The position numbers were made by a program, and so were the translations under genes. Shown here in pieces: positions 26,066-38,108 of a stretch of DNA of 64,000 nt. Origin of the DNA: Scyliorhinus canicula (taxonomy: Eukaryota); contig NC_052157.1 in the NCBI RefSeq assembly GCF_902713615.1, forward strand, positions 131,731,425 to 131,795,424, given 5' to 3'. The notes beneath the pieces are model-generated. The model made no database searches. It worked only from the letters and a program-made list of their open reading frames with translations, and had not been told where the DNA came from. Positions within the stretch are counted from its first letter, which is position 1. The number at the start of each line of letters is the position of its first letter.

Positions 26066-28224
26066 GAGGATCCCTGGTCGCTATGGATGTAGGCAGGGAA
26101 ACCGAACAGGGCGAAGATGGTGTTGAGTGCTTTGATGACTGTGGTAGACGTCATATCGGGGCATGGGACGGCGAAGGGAAATCTGGAGTATTCGTCGACC
26201 ACGTTAAGGAAGTACGTGTTTCGGACGGTGGAGGGGAGGGGCCCTTTGAAATCCACGCTGAGGCGTTCAAAGGGACGGGAGGCCTTCACTAGATGCGCGC
26301 GGTCTGGCCGGTAGAAGTGCGGTTTGCACTCCGAGCAAACCTGGCAGTCACTGGTGATAGCCCGGACTTCCTCAATGGATTAGGGCAGATTGCGGGCCTT
26401 TATGAAGTGAAAGAACCGGGTGACCCGTGTAGGGTCCGGAGTCGGTCCACTTGTGCGCTGGCACATGTACCTCGGGATGGTGCATCGGGGGGCTGGTTGA
26501 GCTTACCGGGGCGATACAAAATCTCGTAATTGTAGGTGGAGAGCTAGATCCTCCACCTCAAGCTTTCATCATTTTTGATCTTGCCCCGCTGTGTGTTATT
26601 GAACATGAAGGCAACTGACCATTAGTCAGTGAGAAGAGTGAATCTCCTGCCGGCCAGGTAATGCCTCCAATATCGCATAGCTTCTACGATGGCTTGGGCC
26701 TCCTTCTTGACGGAGGAGTGCCGAATTTCGGAGGCATGGAGGGTGCGTGAAAAGAATGCCACGGGCCTGCCTGCCTGGTTGAGGTTGGCGGCCAGAGCGA
26801 CGTCTGATGCATCGCTCTCGACTTGGGATGGGAGCGTCTCGTCGACTGCGTGCATCGCGGCCTTGGCAATGTCGGCCTTGATACGGTTGAAGGCCTGGTG
26901 AGCCTCAGCCGTCAGGGAGAAAGCGGTGGAGTGAATGAGTGGGCGGGCCTTGTCCGCATTGTTAGGGACCCACTGGGCGTAGTATGAGAAGAACCCCAGG
27001 CATCGTTTGATGGGCTTGGGGCAGTGGGGGAGGGGGAGTTCCATGAGGGGGCGCATGCAATTAGGGTCAGGCCCCAGTACTACATTTTGCACCACATAGC
27101 GAAGGATAGCTAAGCAGTTGGTGCTGAACACGCACTTCTCCTTGTTGTACGTAAGGTTGAGGAGTTTGGCGGTGTGGAGGAATTTGGAAAGGTTAGCGTT
27201 GTGGTCCTGCTGGTCGTGGCCGCAGATGGTGACATTATCCAGGCCCGCAAAGTGGCCCGCAATCTGTACCGGTCGACCATTCGGTCCATCTCCCGTTGGA
27301 AGACCGAGACCCCATTAGTGTCGCCAAAGGAACCCTAAAGAAGTGGTAAAGGCGGCCGTCCGCTTCAAACGCAGTGTATAGGCGGTCCGCCTTGCGAATG
27401 GGGAGTTGGTGGCAGGCAGATTTCAGGTCCACTGTCGAGAAGACTCGGTACTGTGCAATCTGATTGACCATATCAGATGTGCGTGGGAGGGGGTACGCAT
27501 CGAGCTGCATGTACCGATTGATGGTCTGACTGTAGTCAACAACCATCCTGTGTTTCTCCCCAGTTTTCACCACTACCACTTGGGCTCTCCAGGGGCTGTT
27601 GCTGGCCTCGATGATGCCTTCCTGCAGCAGCCGCTGGACCTCAGACCTGATGAAGGTCCTGTCCAGGGCACTGTACCGTCTGCTCCTGGTGGCGACGGGT
27701 TTGCAATCCGGGGTGAGGTTTGCAAACAGAGAAGGCGGGTCAACCTTAAGGGTCGTGAGACCGCATACAGTAAGGGGTGGTAGGGGCCCGCCAAATTTCA
27801 GAGTTAGACTTTGGAGGTTGCACTGAAGTCCAGTCCGAGTAGCAAGGCAGCGCAGAGGTTGGGGAGGACGTAGAGCCGGAAGCCGCTGAACTCTACGCCC
27901 TGGATGGTGAGGGTGGTGGTGCAGTACCCCCAGAGTGGGATACGGAGGCCAGGGAGATTCATTGTGTGATGGAATGTACCGTGAGGGAGCAGCGCCTTAC
28001 CGTATCGGGGTGGATGAAGCTCTCTGTGCACCCGGAGTCAAGAGGGTATGATGTCTTGTGCCCATCGACCTTTACCGTCGTCGACGCGGTTGCAAGGTTG
28101 TGCGGCCGGGACTGGTCGATCGTGATGGAGGCGAGCTGTAGCTGGTGTCGGAAGGCCCCTGACTGGTCGGCGGCGGTTGCAGGCGAAGAGCAGCCCGATG
28201 AGGTGCCCGATGAGCATGGTTCCT

Positions 28225-28475
28225 GAGGCGGGGAAAATGGCGCCACCCACGGGGCACACGTGGCGGGCGGCGTTAAAGATGGTGCGCCCACGGGCCGCAC
28301 GAGGCCTGATGGGGGGGAAGATGGCGGCGCCCACGGGCCGCACGTGTCCTGAGGCAAGCAAGATGGCGGTGCCCACAGGCCGCACGTGTTCTGAGGCGAG
28401 GAAGATGGCGACGCCCATGGGCCGCATGTGGGTTGTGGGGGCGAAAATGGCGGCGTCCACGGGCCGCACGTGGGG
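28225..28475. repeat. Six 42-bp tandem repeats at the gag-protease junction
   Basis: aaRatgg cores at 28234, 28276, 28318, 28360, 28402 and 28444; encodes CGPWAPPS-like 14-aa units. Confidence 0.9.
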
Positions 28476-29348
28476 GGTGCAGGAACAATGGGCCTGGTTA
28501 CAGTGGAAATCGAGCGGGCCTGGCACACAGCAGCGAAATGTCCTTTCTTCCCGCAGGCCTTGTAGAGTGCGCTCTGCGTCGGGCAGCGCTGCCGGGGGTG
28601 CTTTGTCTGTCCGCAGAAGTAGCACTTGTTTCCCCCGGGGTTGGCTGGCTACCGCGCGGCGCAGGCTTGGCGTTGGTTGGGGGCGGTCACTGGTGGGGTG
28701 AACGATGGGGTGTTCGCTGGTGGGGTCCATGATGTGGTGTTCGCTGGTGGGGTCCACAATGCCCAGGAGGTGGGCGCCGTGCGGTCGGGGGCGTACGCTT
28801 GTACATTACGGGAGGCGACCATTAGTGAGGTCGCGGGTTTCTTGGTCACTGCAAGGTCGAGGGTAGCCCCTTCTAAGAGGCGCTGGCGAATGTACGCCGA
28901 CCCTATGCCCGTAACGAACGCGTCCCTGATTAAGAGTTCGGAATTTTCAACGGCCGAAATGGCCTAGCAATCGCAGTCCCTTGCCAGGGCATGCAGGGCA
29001 CGCCAGAAATCTTCCACAGACTCACCAGGGAGTTGATGCCACGTGGACAGGAGGTGCCTGGCGTAGAGTTTGTTGGTCTGCTGGGTGTAGTTCTCTTTCA
29101 GTCGCGCCATGGCCTCAGCGTAGGTGGGCGCACCCCGGATGAGGGGAAAGATATCGGAGCTCAGCCGTGTATACAGCATCTGGAGTTTCTGTGTCTCTGT
29201 GGGTGGTTCTGTCGCAGATCCGATGTCAGCTTCAAAGCAAGCTAGCCAGTGGGCGAAGGCCGACTTGGCGTTGTCTGCTTGAGGGTGCAGTGCAGGCGAT
29301 CTGGCTTGATGCGGAGATCCATTGTTGTAAAATCTCTGCGTAATAAAT

Positions 29349-29578
29349 TGATGCACTATCAATTACGACGAGACGAGAGTGTAATCGAGGCTTTATTAAG
29401 CAGAGATGTGTAGCCTCCTGCAGCTGCTGCCGAAATGGCTGCAGCTCGGTGAGCACACACATTTATACTCCGCCTACTAGGCGGAGCCAGCAGGCAGGGA
29501 TCTACCCCCGTACCTGTAGTACAGGAGCCCCACCGTATTACATCTCGTATGTGATATATACAAGTGGTGACTACCACA
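29349..29578 (-). repeat. 5' LTR of the Gypsy element
   Basis: Minus strand: GC palindrome ctccgcctagtaggcggag, TATAAAT, Inr-like ccatttc about 30 nt downstream, AATAAA, terminal CA. Confidence 0.95.
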
Positions 29579-29599
29579 AGTAAGGTCAAGAACCCTGTT

Positions 29600-31920
29600 A
29601 TTTTTTCATTTTACAGGATGTGAGTGTCGCTGGCTTGGCCAGCATTTATTGTCCTTTGGCCTGTTGTCCTTCAGAAGGTGGTGGGGAACTGCCTTCTTGA
29701 ACCACTGCAGTTCCTGAGATGTAGGTACACCTACAGTACTGTTAGGGAGAGAGTTCCAGGATTTTGACCCTGTGCTGTTGGGAAGGGATTTTCAGGATTT
29801 TGACCCAGCGACAATGAAGGAGCAGCAATATATTTCCAAGTAGGGCTGGTTAGTGACTTAAAGGGGAACTTCCAGGCGGTGGGATTCCCAGGTGTCTGCT
29901 GCTCTTGTCCTTCTAGATGGTAGGGGTCATGGGTATGTAAGGTGCTGCCTAAGAGACATTGGCAAGTTACTGCAGTGCATCTTGTCGATGGTAGACACGC
30001 TGCGACTGTTCATCGTCGGTGGAGTCATTGAATGTTTGTGGAAGGGGGAGCAATCAAGCGGGCTCCTTTTTCCTGGATGATGTCATTGGAGCTGCTGTTC
30101 TCCAGGCAAGTGGAGAGTATTGGATTACACTCCTCACTTGTGCCTTGTCGATAGTGGACAGGCTTTGGGGGGGTCAGGATGTGAGTGACTCGCTGTAGGT
30201 TTCCTAGCCTTTGACCTGCTCTGGTAGCTACAGTATTAATACGGCTAGTCCAGTTCAATTTCTGATCAATGGTAACTCCCCAGGATGTTGATTGTGGGGA
30301 ATTAGCAATGGTAATAATAATAATAATAATCACTTATTGTAACAAGTAGGCTTCAATGAAGTTCCTGTGAAAAACCCCTATATCCATGACCCCTACCATC
30401 TAGAAGGACAAGAGCAGCAGACACCTGGAATCCCACCACCTGGAAGTTCCCCTTTAAGTCACTAACCAGCCCTACTTGGAAATATATTGCTGCTCCTTCA
30501 ATGTCGCCACATTCCAGCGCCTGTCCAGGTCTTGCTGCATTTGAACATGAACTGCTTCATTATCTGAGGAGTTGTGAATGGTGCTGAACATTGTACAGTC
30601 TGCAAACATCCCCACCTGACTTTGTGATGGAAGGGAGGTCATTGATAAAGCAGCTGATGCTTGGGCCTAGGACACTACCCTGAGGAACTCCTGCAATGCT
30701 ATCCTGGAGCTGAGATGATTGACCTCCAACCACCACAACCATCTTCCGTTGTGCCAGGTATGACACCAACCAGCAGAGAGTTTTTCCCCCGATTCCTGTT
30801 GACTCCAATTTTGCTGGGGCTCCTTGATGCCGTACTCCATCAAGTGATGCCTTAATGTCAAGGGCAGTCCCTCTCTCCTCACCACTGGCATCCAGCAATT
30901 TTGCCCATGTTTGAACCAAGGTTGTGATGAGGTCAGAAACAGAACTTAAACAGAAACAGAGCTTAAATCTGATCAGTTTGTTGTGGAATTGCTTTGCTCT
31001 ATCCATCACTTGCTGGTTATGCTGTTTGGCACACAAGTAGTCCTGTGTTGTCGCTTCACCAGGTTGACATCTAATTTTTACGTATGTTCTTCTGCAGTCT
31101 TCACTGTACCAGGGTTGATCCCCTGGCTTGGTGGTAATGGTAGAGTGGGTGATAAGCCAGGCCATGAGGTTGCAGATTTTAGTCAAGTACAATTCTGCTT
31201 CTGCTGATGGTGCACAGCACCTCACAGATACCCAGTCTTGAGTTGCTAGATCTGTTCGAAGTCTATCCCGTTTAGCACAATGTAAGTGCCACACAACATG
31301 CTAGAGCGTATCTTCAATGTGAAGATGGACTTTGTCTCCACAAGGACTGTGCGAGTGGTCACTTTTACAAATACAGTCATGGACAGATGCATCTGCAACA
31401 AGCAGTGGGTGAGGATAAGGATGTTTTTCCTCTTGTTATGTCCCTCACCATCTGCTGCAGTCCCAGTCTAGCAGCTATGTCCTTTAGGACCCAACCAGCT
31501 CGGTCTGTGGTGCTGCCACTCTTGGTGATGGACATTGATATGGACATGGACAGAGTGTATTCTGCACCCTTGCCACCCATAGTGCTTCCTCCAACATGCA
31601 GGAGTACTGATTCATCAGCTGATGGTGGACAGTATGTGATAATCAGCAGGGGATTTCCTCGCCTTTGAGACTTCATGGGTTCCAGGATTAATGTTGAGGC
31701 CTCCCAGAGCTCTTCATGGGTTCTAGGGTTGATGTTGAGGACTCTCCCCCGACTGTATACCATGATGCCACCACCTCCGCTGGGTCTGTCCTCCCTGTGA
31801 GATAGGACATACCTAGGAATGATGATAGTGGTGTCTGGGACAAGCCCCCAGATGGTACTAAGGAGGACTTTGCAGGGTCGACAGGGCTATTTGCCATTGT
31901 CATTTTGGGTGCCTAGATCG
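29600..31920 (-). mobile_element. CR1/L2-group LINE, degenerate EN-RT and 3' end
   Basis: ALDIKA..WLVSYL..RKMVVVVGGQSS..GVPQGSVLGP..FINDLP; 3' end aataaatgctggcc..gccagcgac..catcc. Confidence 0.85.
30313..30527 (-). mobile_element. 5'-truncated short SINE interrupted by an inverted LINE-derived insert (30381-30500)
   Basis: (taa)n cacttattgt..aaaaccccta | insert | gtcgccacattccagcgcctgtcc. Confidence 0.8.
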
Positions 31921-31959
31921 GTGGCCAATTTCATTCCTTTTTTATGTTGTGAGTTCCGT

Positions 31960-32202
31960 TTTTGAGGGCATTGAAGAGTCAACATGTGGGTCTGGAGACA
32001 CATGGGCCAGACCAAGCAAGGACAGCAGGTTTCCTTCCTTAACTGACATCGGGTGAACCAGATGGGTTTTTACGACAATGATTTCATAGTCTTTTAATTT
32101 CACCATCTGCCCTGGTGGGATTCGAACCCAGGTCCCCAGATCAGTACCTTTGGTCTTTGGATCACTAGTCCAGTGACAATTTCACTATGCCACCGTCTCC
32201 CC
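31960..32202 (-). mobile_element. tRNA-derived SINE (family also at 44825)
   Basis: Reverse complement gtcactggactagt..gggttcgaatcccacc..gcagatggtg..ccatctggttcac. Confidence 0.7.
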
Positions 32203-32639
32203 TTAGACTCCCCTCCCCTCTTTGCTATCTAACCAGGAAAAGGCCCACTATAACAAAGATAAACGGTTTCAGCACACCACGGCAATACCCATGGTGAAAA
32301 GATAATTTAATCATTGTGATTTGGAATCTGGTCATCTGAAGTTCATGAAGGTCCAACACCACCCCAAAATTAATATGAACATTTACTTTAAAATGATACT
32401 GAATTGTTGTGATGCACTGATACAGGTGGAGATTATTTTTGCAAGTGACAACATGGGGATTGCCTCAAGTTGTTTTAAGTGCTCTTACACAATTTTTCCT
32501 TGACATTCTGACTCATTGTGTTTAAAATCCTTTGGCTACTGACTAGATGTCAATTGAACAATGAGTATTAGATCATCAGTTGAGTGCCTCCCACTAAATC
32601 ACTGCATTCCTGAGTCATATGTTATGCAAGCCAACCTAG

Positions 32640-33370
32640 AAAACAAGTTGACCAAAACTTTCATAAAAGAGGATAGATCAAGAACAGCTTGTTACCTTAT
32701 GGGAACAAAACTTTAAACAGCAAGTGAGGAGGGAGCGGCAATGTGTTGGGGGTGAAAGCAGTGGACCCAGTTCGCCACAGAGATCAATGCTAAGAGTCCA
32801 ACCTCAAGGACGGAAGTTCAATGACCATAGTGTAAGCTTGTAGAAACCAAGAGTGGCACAGCACATCCTCAACCTATTTGAGGAAATGGTGCTTGGGGCT
32901 ATTAACAAAAACATCACTGAATTGCTGGTTGCAACGTCCTCAGAATAACTTATCTACCTTCTGAAAACCGATTTCACCCTCATCTAGCAATTTGGTATGA
33001 TGTGCAAGCTGCCAATGGTGTAAAACCATGCATGTTTTTCTTTTGAGTCATTCACCCTTCCTTCCCTAACTCCAAACGTCACCTTGTGCATTTACGCTTT
33101 CAGATACCTGAAACCTGCTACCTCACCAACCAATGGTACCTGATGAAGATGAAGGCCCAAAAGAAGAGCACACCTCTGAAGATGATGCACCTTAATTTGA
33201 TCTGACACATGCAGCCTCCAGCTAGAGATTGGCATATCTGGGACTATAATATATACGGTGGAGCTGAACATCACGAGTGACCTGGACACGGGTGGTCTGA
33301 AGTGCATGTGCCAGCTCCCTGGAGGGTGAAGTCACAGCCAACTCTATTGCAGAGTACTCATTGCGACTTT
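32640..33370 (+). mobile_element. Old Harbinger Myb-gene remnant
   Basis: WTQFATEINAKSPTSR..KFND-like translation at 32762-32826; boundaries approximate. Confidence 0.4.
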
Positions 33371-33374
33371 GATG

Positions 33375-33699
33375 AAGCTTTTTCCCAGGGTGGAAGAGTC
33401 AACTGCTAGGGAACATACGTGTAAAGTGCGAGGGGCAAAGTTTAGAGGAGATATGCAAAGAAGGCTTTTTTTTAAACAGAGGGTAGTGGGTGCCTGGAAC
33501 TCGCTGCCAGAGGAGGTGGTGGAATCAGGTACAATAGTTTAAAGGGTGTCTTGACAAATACATGAATAGGATGGGAATAGAGGGATACGGACCCTGAAAG
33601 GGTAGAAGGTTTTAGGTTAGATGGGCAGCATGGTCAGTACAGGCTTGGAGGGCTGAAGGGCCTGTTCCTGTGCTGTACTTTTCTTTGTTCTGTGTTCTA
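33375..33699 (+). mobile_element. CR1 LINE 3' end
   Basis: RVVGAWNSLPEEVVE motif; tail gggcctgttcctgtgctgtac..gttcta. Confidence 0.85.
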
Positions 33700-33709
33700 A
33701 ACCAACTGT

Positions 33710-35700
33710 CTGTGCTCCAAGAAGAATATCAGTAGCCAAGATGCAGAAAGTAATTAATGAGCTGCATCAGATGACAGCGCCGGGTGTCATAACTCCATAG
33801 ACAAGGCCACAGAATGAGTTTCAATAATAGTGGCCGCAGTAAAGAAAGATGGCATAGTCAGGATGTGCATTGACCCAGTGCACTTGAACAAAGCGCTGCT
33901 CAGACCACGTCACCCTATGAAGACAGTGGAACAGGTAATTGCAGACATGCAATGTGCCACAGTGTTCGACGTTCCCGATGCATATATGAGTTCCAGTACA
34001 TCCCGCTAGATGAGGAATCCTCGACACTAACCACATTTACGTCGCTAATAGGCAGATATCATTTTCTTTGTGCGCGCTATGTGAGCTCCATGGTCAGAGA
34101 GGTTTCCAGCGGTGCATGGCGCAAGTCTTTGCAGGCCAACCTTGAGATCATTGTTGGTGACATCTTTGTCTTGTCCTTGACAGAATCAGGACCATACAAC
34201 TAAAGCTGAACCCTGCAAAATGCAGATTCAGGGTCAGCCAGGTGCCTTACAAGGGCCATTTACTCACACCCAATGGTGAAGAGCCTAATCCAAGACAAGG
34301 GCTATATGATAGATGGCCAATTCCCTTGAACAAGAATGTCTTGTTATGACAAGTTATCTTTCTTAGTTCATCCTGTGTTATAGTGAGGTCCAGGGACCTC
34401 TTTGTCAACTTCTCCTCCAGGATGTTGAATGTTCCTGGCAAGAGCACCACACCGTACCCCGTACCTGTACTCCTACCCCGTATCCCGTACTCATATCAGC
34501 AGACACTTCCCACCAGAGACGTGATGTCATCTGCATCCAGAGTGGCAGAACAATAGCCTTTGCTTCAAGGGCCCTCACTGACACGGAGTCTCACTACTGT
34601 TATGGGCCAGGGTTTAGAGAACACCAAAGTATATCATGGAGTTCACTTGACCTACAACCTTTAAAACTTTTTGGTTATGAGGAGCACAAGGGCCCATTTT
34701 CCAGGTGTGATGCAACAGAGACCTTAAGTATTTTTTTACAAAATAATGTTTATTCTATGAATCCAGTTAACATTTTAGAAACACACAGTAAACATCTTAT
34801 CAACTACCAACACAAATATAACCCTTAGTAACTTTCCTAACAACATCCATAAGCCTCACACCCCTTTTTCCTACAAAAACAGTAGGTTTGCATTCCTTAC
34901 AGAAGCAGGTATTACTTTGAAATTATCAAGTGAGCTGGAGACATTCTTTAGCATACAAAGAGAGAGACCAAAATATACCTTCTTGGTTTGGATGCTGCTC
35001 CCCAACTGAAAACCACAACTAAAACTAGAGCCAAAAACAGCTTACAGCTCAAAACAAAAGTAAAAAGCAGAGCCAGAGCCCAGCTCCACCCACACAATGA
35101 CATCACTGCAGCCACTTGAGAAGCCAAACATTTCTCAAAGTGACATTCCCATGACATTACGCACTGATCAAAAAGGAACTTCTTGCTCTAGCTTTCGCCT
35201 GAGAGAAATTTCATAACTTCATGTATGTCATCCTGCAGCTGTTGAAACAGATCACCAGCCACTCATAACTATCTCAAAGGAGGTTCTCCACAGTGCGCCT
35301 GCATGCCTGCAATGTATGCTGCAGAAGATGCAAATGCTACAACTTCAGCATCATCTACAAATGTGGCAAGGAGGTGTACTTGGCTGATGCCCAAGCTTTC
35401 CTACCCATCACAGGGGTGATCATGAGAAAGGCATAGACGTTATGGCAATAGAAGTACTGTCCTCTCATCAAATTCAGGAACTCAAATAGGTCTTACTGAC
35501 TGACATCACATGCTGGCAACTGCACAACATCATCATGAGGGGATGGCCAGAATTCTCAAGGGTGCTTCCCCATGAGCTCCACACATTCTTAGCCATCAGA
35601 GATGCACTGACCATACAGGGTAGACTAATGGTGCATGACTAGCAATTTGTCATCCCTATTGCCCTCCTGACGTGCTACAACTGCATCAAGGGCACAATGG
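33710..35700 (+). mobile_element. Degenerate Gypsy pol fragment (RT, RNase H)
   Basis: VRMCIDPVHLNKALLR, LKLNPAKC, IAFASRALTDTESHY..KELLA, ETDHQPL. Confidence 0.8.
34598..35156 (-). mobile_element. Solo LTR inserted in the Gypsy RNase H
   Basis: Termini tgttatggg / cccatgaca; flanks ctac / ttac; removal restores ESHYALIKKELLA. Confidence 0.8.
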
Positions 35701-35989
35701 AAGGAGAACCAACCCCAATGGTACCTAAAATATTCGAGATGACCGTCTAAATCTGTTACAGCGTCAACTTTTTCAAACAAGAGAACAAAAAAGGAAATTC
35801 ATGGACCGATGTGCTGTGAAGGAAAAAAACTAAAAAGCAAAGGGGGAGAGACAAGATGAAATAATATTGTCACTTGATTGTTCCCTGTAACCCTTTAGAA
35901 AGTATTAGCTTACGTGTACTCTGATTTGACATAAACAAACACCTCAGTTATACGAGCTCCTGACAAGATTACACATCTGGGATTTGCTG

Positions 35990-36660
35990 AAAGATACAAA
36001 AGCGAAACTCCTGGAAATCTGAAATAAAAGCAAAAATTGCTGGAAATACGCAGTAGGTTTGATGGCAGAAGTGGAGAGACAACAGGGTTAACATTTCAGG
36101 TCATTTTATCAGACTGGGAAAAATTTTAAATATAGGTTTGAAGCATGTGAAAGCAGGAATGATGGGAAAAACAAGAGCATGGGAAAAACAACAAAAGGGA
36201 CGGCTTGAAATAGGGTGGAAGGCATGATAGATTAAATGTCAAAAGGTTTTGTGGTGCATGGGGAGTGGTAATGTAATAAGTCACGAGCAAACGATAAGTG
36301 AACAGCGGGATTCTGAATAGCTGGCGTCTGAAATCAAAGCAAATAAGTCAGAAATGAAAGAAAAGAAACAAACCAGCAAAACAAAAAAGAAACAAATGGT
36401 AGAAGAGGTTATGATCTAGAACTGTTGAGCTCACTGTTAATTCTAGATGGGTGTCAGCGTCCAGCCGAAAGATGAGGTGTTGTTCCCTCAGCTTGAGCTG
36501 AACTCCATTGGAACACTGCAGCCAACCATGGACAGGAAGGTCAGCTCAAAGGAGCATGGTAGAGAATTAAAATGACAAGCAACTAGAATCTCAGGGTCAT
36601 GCTTGCAAACCGAATGGCTGTATTCCACAAAGCGGTGACCCAGTCTTCATTTGGTCACCT
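35990..36660 (-). mobile_element. Penelope-like element remnant
   Basis: tgctggaaatac..ggagagacaacagggttaacatttcaggtc terminal signature; reverse homolog of 60100-61320. Confidence 0.55.
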
Positions 36661-36862
36661 CAATATAGAGATTTAAGTATTTGCTTTGTTTGGCCCCTTG
36701 TTCCGCACTGTAACCAATCACTGTTTGTCGATGTACCATTTGTCAATGTTCTCTGTTGATTATTCTTTTGTCTACTAAGTCCGTACTGTGTACGTTCCTT
36801 CCGCCGCAAAAAAATACTTTTCACTGTATTTAGGTACATGTGACAATAAATCAAAATCAAAT
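36661..36862 (+). mobile_element. LINE 3' end (Rex1/L2-like)
   Basis: cttttcactgta..tacatgtgacaataaatcaaaatcaaat tail. Confidence 0.55.
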
Positions 36863-37349
36863 GAGTCTTGAGCTTCAGACTAGAGGGGTATAATGGGACT
36901 TCAGCGCCTTGTGTTTGCAGTCATTTCATCTGTCCATTACTCCTCACATTATTGACATTTCTACCCATTTTTGTAGCTCTGTGCCTGCGTGATTAAGTAT
37001 GTAAAGGGAAAAAAATACCAAAATTCACAGTGTGTGGGTACCCATGCTCTGGTCATACCGTAGCAGGATTCAGATTTCCTGCAGGCTTCGATATAAAACG
37101 AATGAAGTACTTCAGACTACAAATGGATTTTGCAGAGGAACAGCTCCTAATTGTGTGCATTGTTCTCCCTGAAATAACCTTTTCTTGTCTAGTTCTTTGA
37201 CAAACAATTGCTAAAGAATTAGAGATCACTCGATCACAAAACAAAACACACTTCCAGCATAGACATTCAATATTAAAAGTCAGGCTAGAAACCAAGGGAG
37301 AAAAGGCACATACATTATAAATGTCTAACAAAGTCGAGTTGGCATGCTT

Positions 37350-37573
37350 TTTTTTTATAAATTTAGATTACCCAATTATTTTTTCCAATTAAGGGGCAAT
37401 TTAGCGTGGCCAATCCACCTATTCTGCACATCTTTGGGTTGTGGGGGTGAAACCCACGCAGACACGGGGAGAATGTGCAAACTCCACACAGACAGTGACC
37501 CAGAGCCGGGATCGAACCTGGGACCTCAGCGCCGTGAGGCGGTTGTGCTAACCACTTGGCCACCGTGCTGCCC
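37350..37573 (-). mobile_element. Short poly(A)-tailed V-SINE variant
   Basis: tRNA head plus partial V-domain; A tail; TSD ttggcatgctt (37339-37349 / 37578-37588). Confidence 0.9.
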
Positions 37574-37640
37574 TGAATTGGCATGCTTGATGAATTTTTT
37601 AAATGACCACAAGCTCACTTAGTAGCATATATTCTAAGTT

Positions 37641-37832
37641 TGGGTGGCACAGTGGCACAGTGGTTAGCACTGCCGCCTCACAGCTCCAATGATCTGGGTT
37701 CATTCGGGCCTCAAGTGACTGCGTGGAGTTTGCATTTCCTCCCCACGTCTGCATGGGTTTCCTCCGGGTGCTCTGGTTTCCTCCCACAGCCCAAAGAAGT
37801 GCAGGTTACGTGGACTGGCCGTTCTAAATTGC
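37641..37832 (+). mobile_element. V-SINE, 3'-truncated
   Basis: gggtggcacagtggcacagtggttagcac head and V-domain. Confidence 0.8.
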
Positions 37833-38108
37833 TTTGTAGGGCTGGTTCTTCCACCCCGAACGCCGCAAGATCGCCACGGGGGAAACACGCAGATAATTAC
37901 TTGAGAACGAGTTGCAAAACAGCTTTAGAGGATGTCAAACATTAGCAATTGCCTATATCCAGGTGAGATCATTATCCTTCAAATAAGTACCTGCTCATGT
38001 CTGTGCAATATATAGCTTAAATTTCGCTACATATCAGCATTTTAGACATCAACATTGTGGGTTCCCATGAATCATTTTCTGCCTTATACACTAAACCAGG
38101 CATGCAGT

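Larger units (their letters stand above)
24721..29322 (-). pseudogene. Gypsy gag-pol, disrupted by stops, frameshifts and a MITE
   Basis: ATG at 29322 (MDLRIKPDRL..); stop at 28964; ends RRSQRRIKAPDRLNL at 24721. Confidence 0.85.
24416..29578 (-). mobile_element. Full-length, disabled Gypsy LTR retrotransposon (gag-PR-RT-RH-IN)
   Basis: Paired LTRs TG..CA; flanks agtac / agtaa; PPT next to the 3' LTR; LDSGCTESFI (PR), HRMVVDYSQTINRY..DAYPLPR (RT), ESDASD..RPVAFFSRTL..KEA (RH), LSVDFKGPL..VDEYSRFPFA..HSDQG..GNGQVGRENG (IN). Confidence 0.95.

Noticed and set aside
28225-28475. CRISPR-like regular spacing
   Set aside because: The units are homologous tandem repeats without unique spacers, there are no cas genes, and the context is a eukaryotic retrotransposon
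37057-37170. Minus-strand exon candidate (RTMHTIRS..)
   Set aside because: Poor polypyrimidine tract and no recognisable protein
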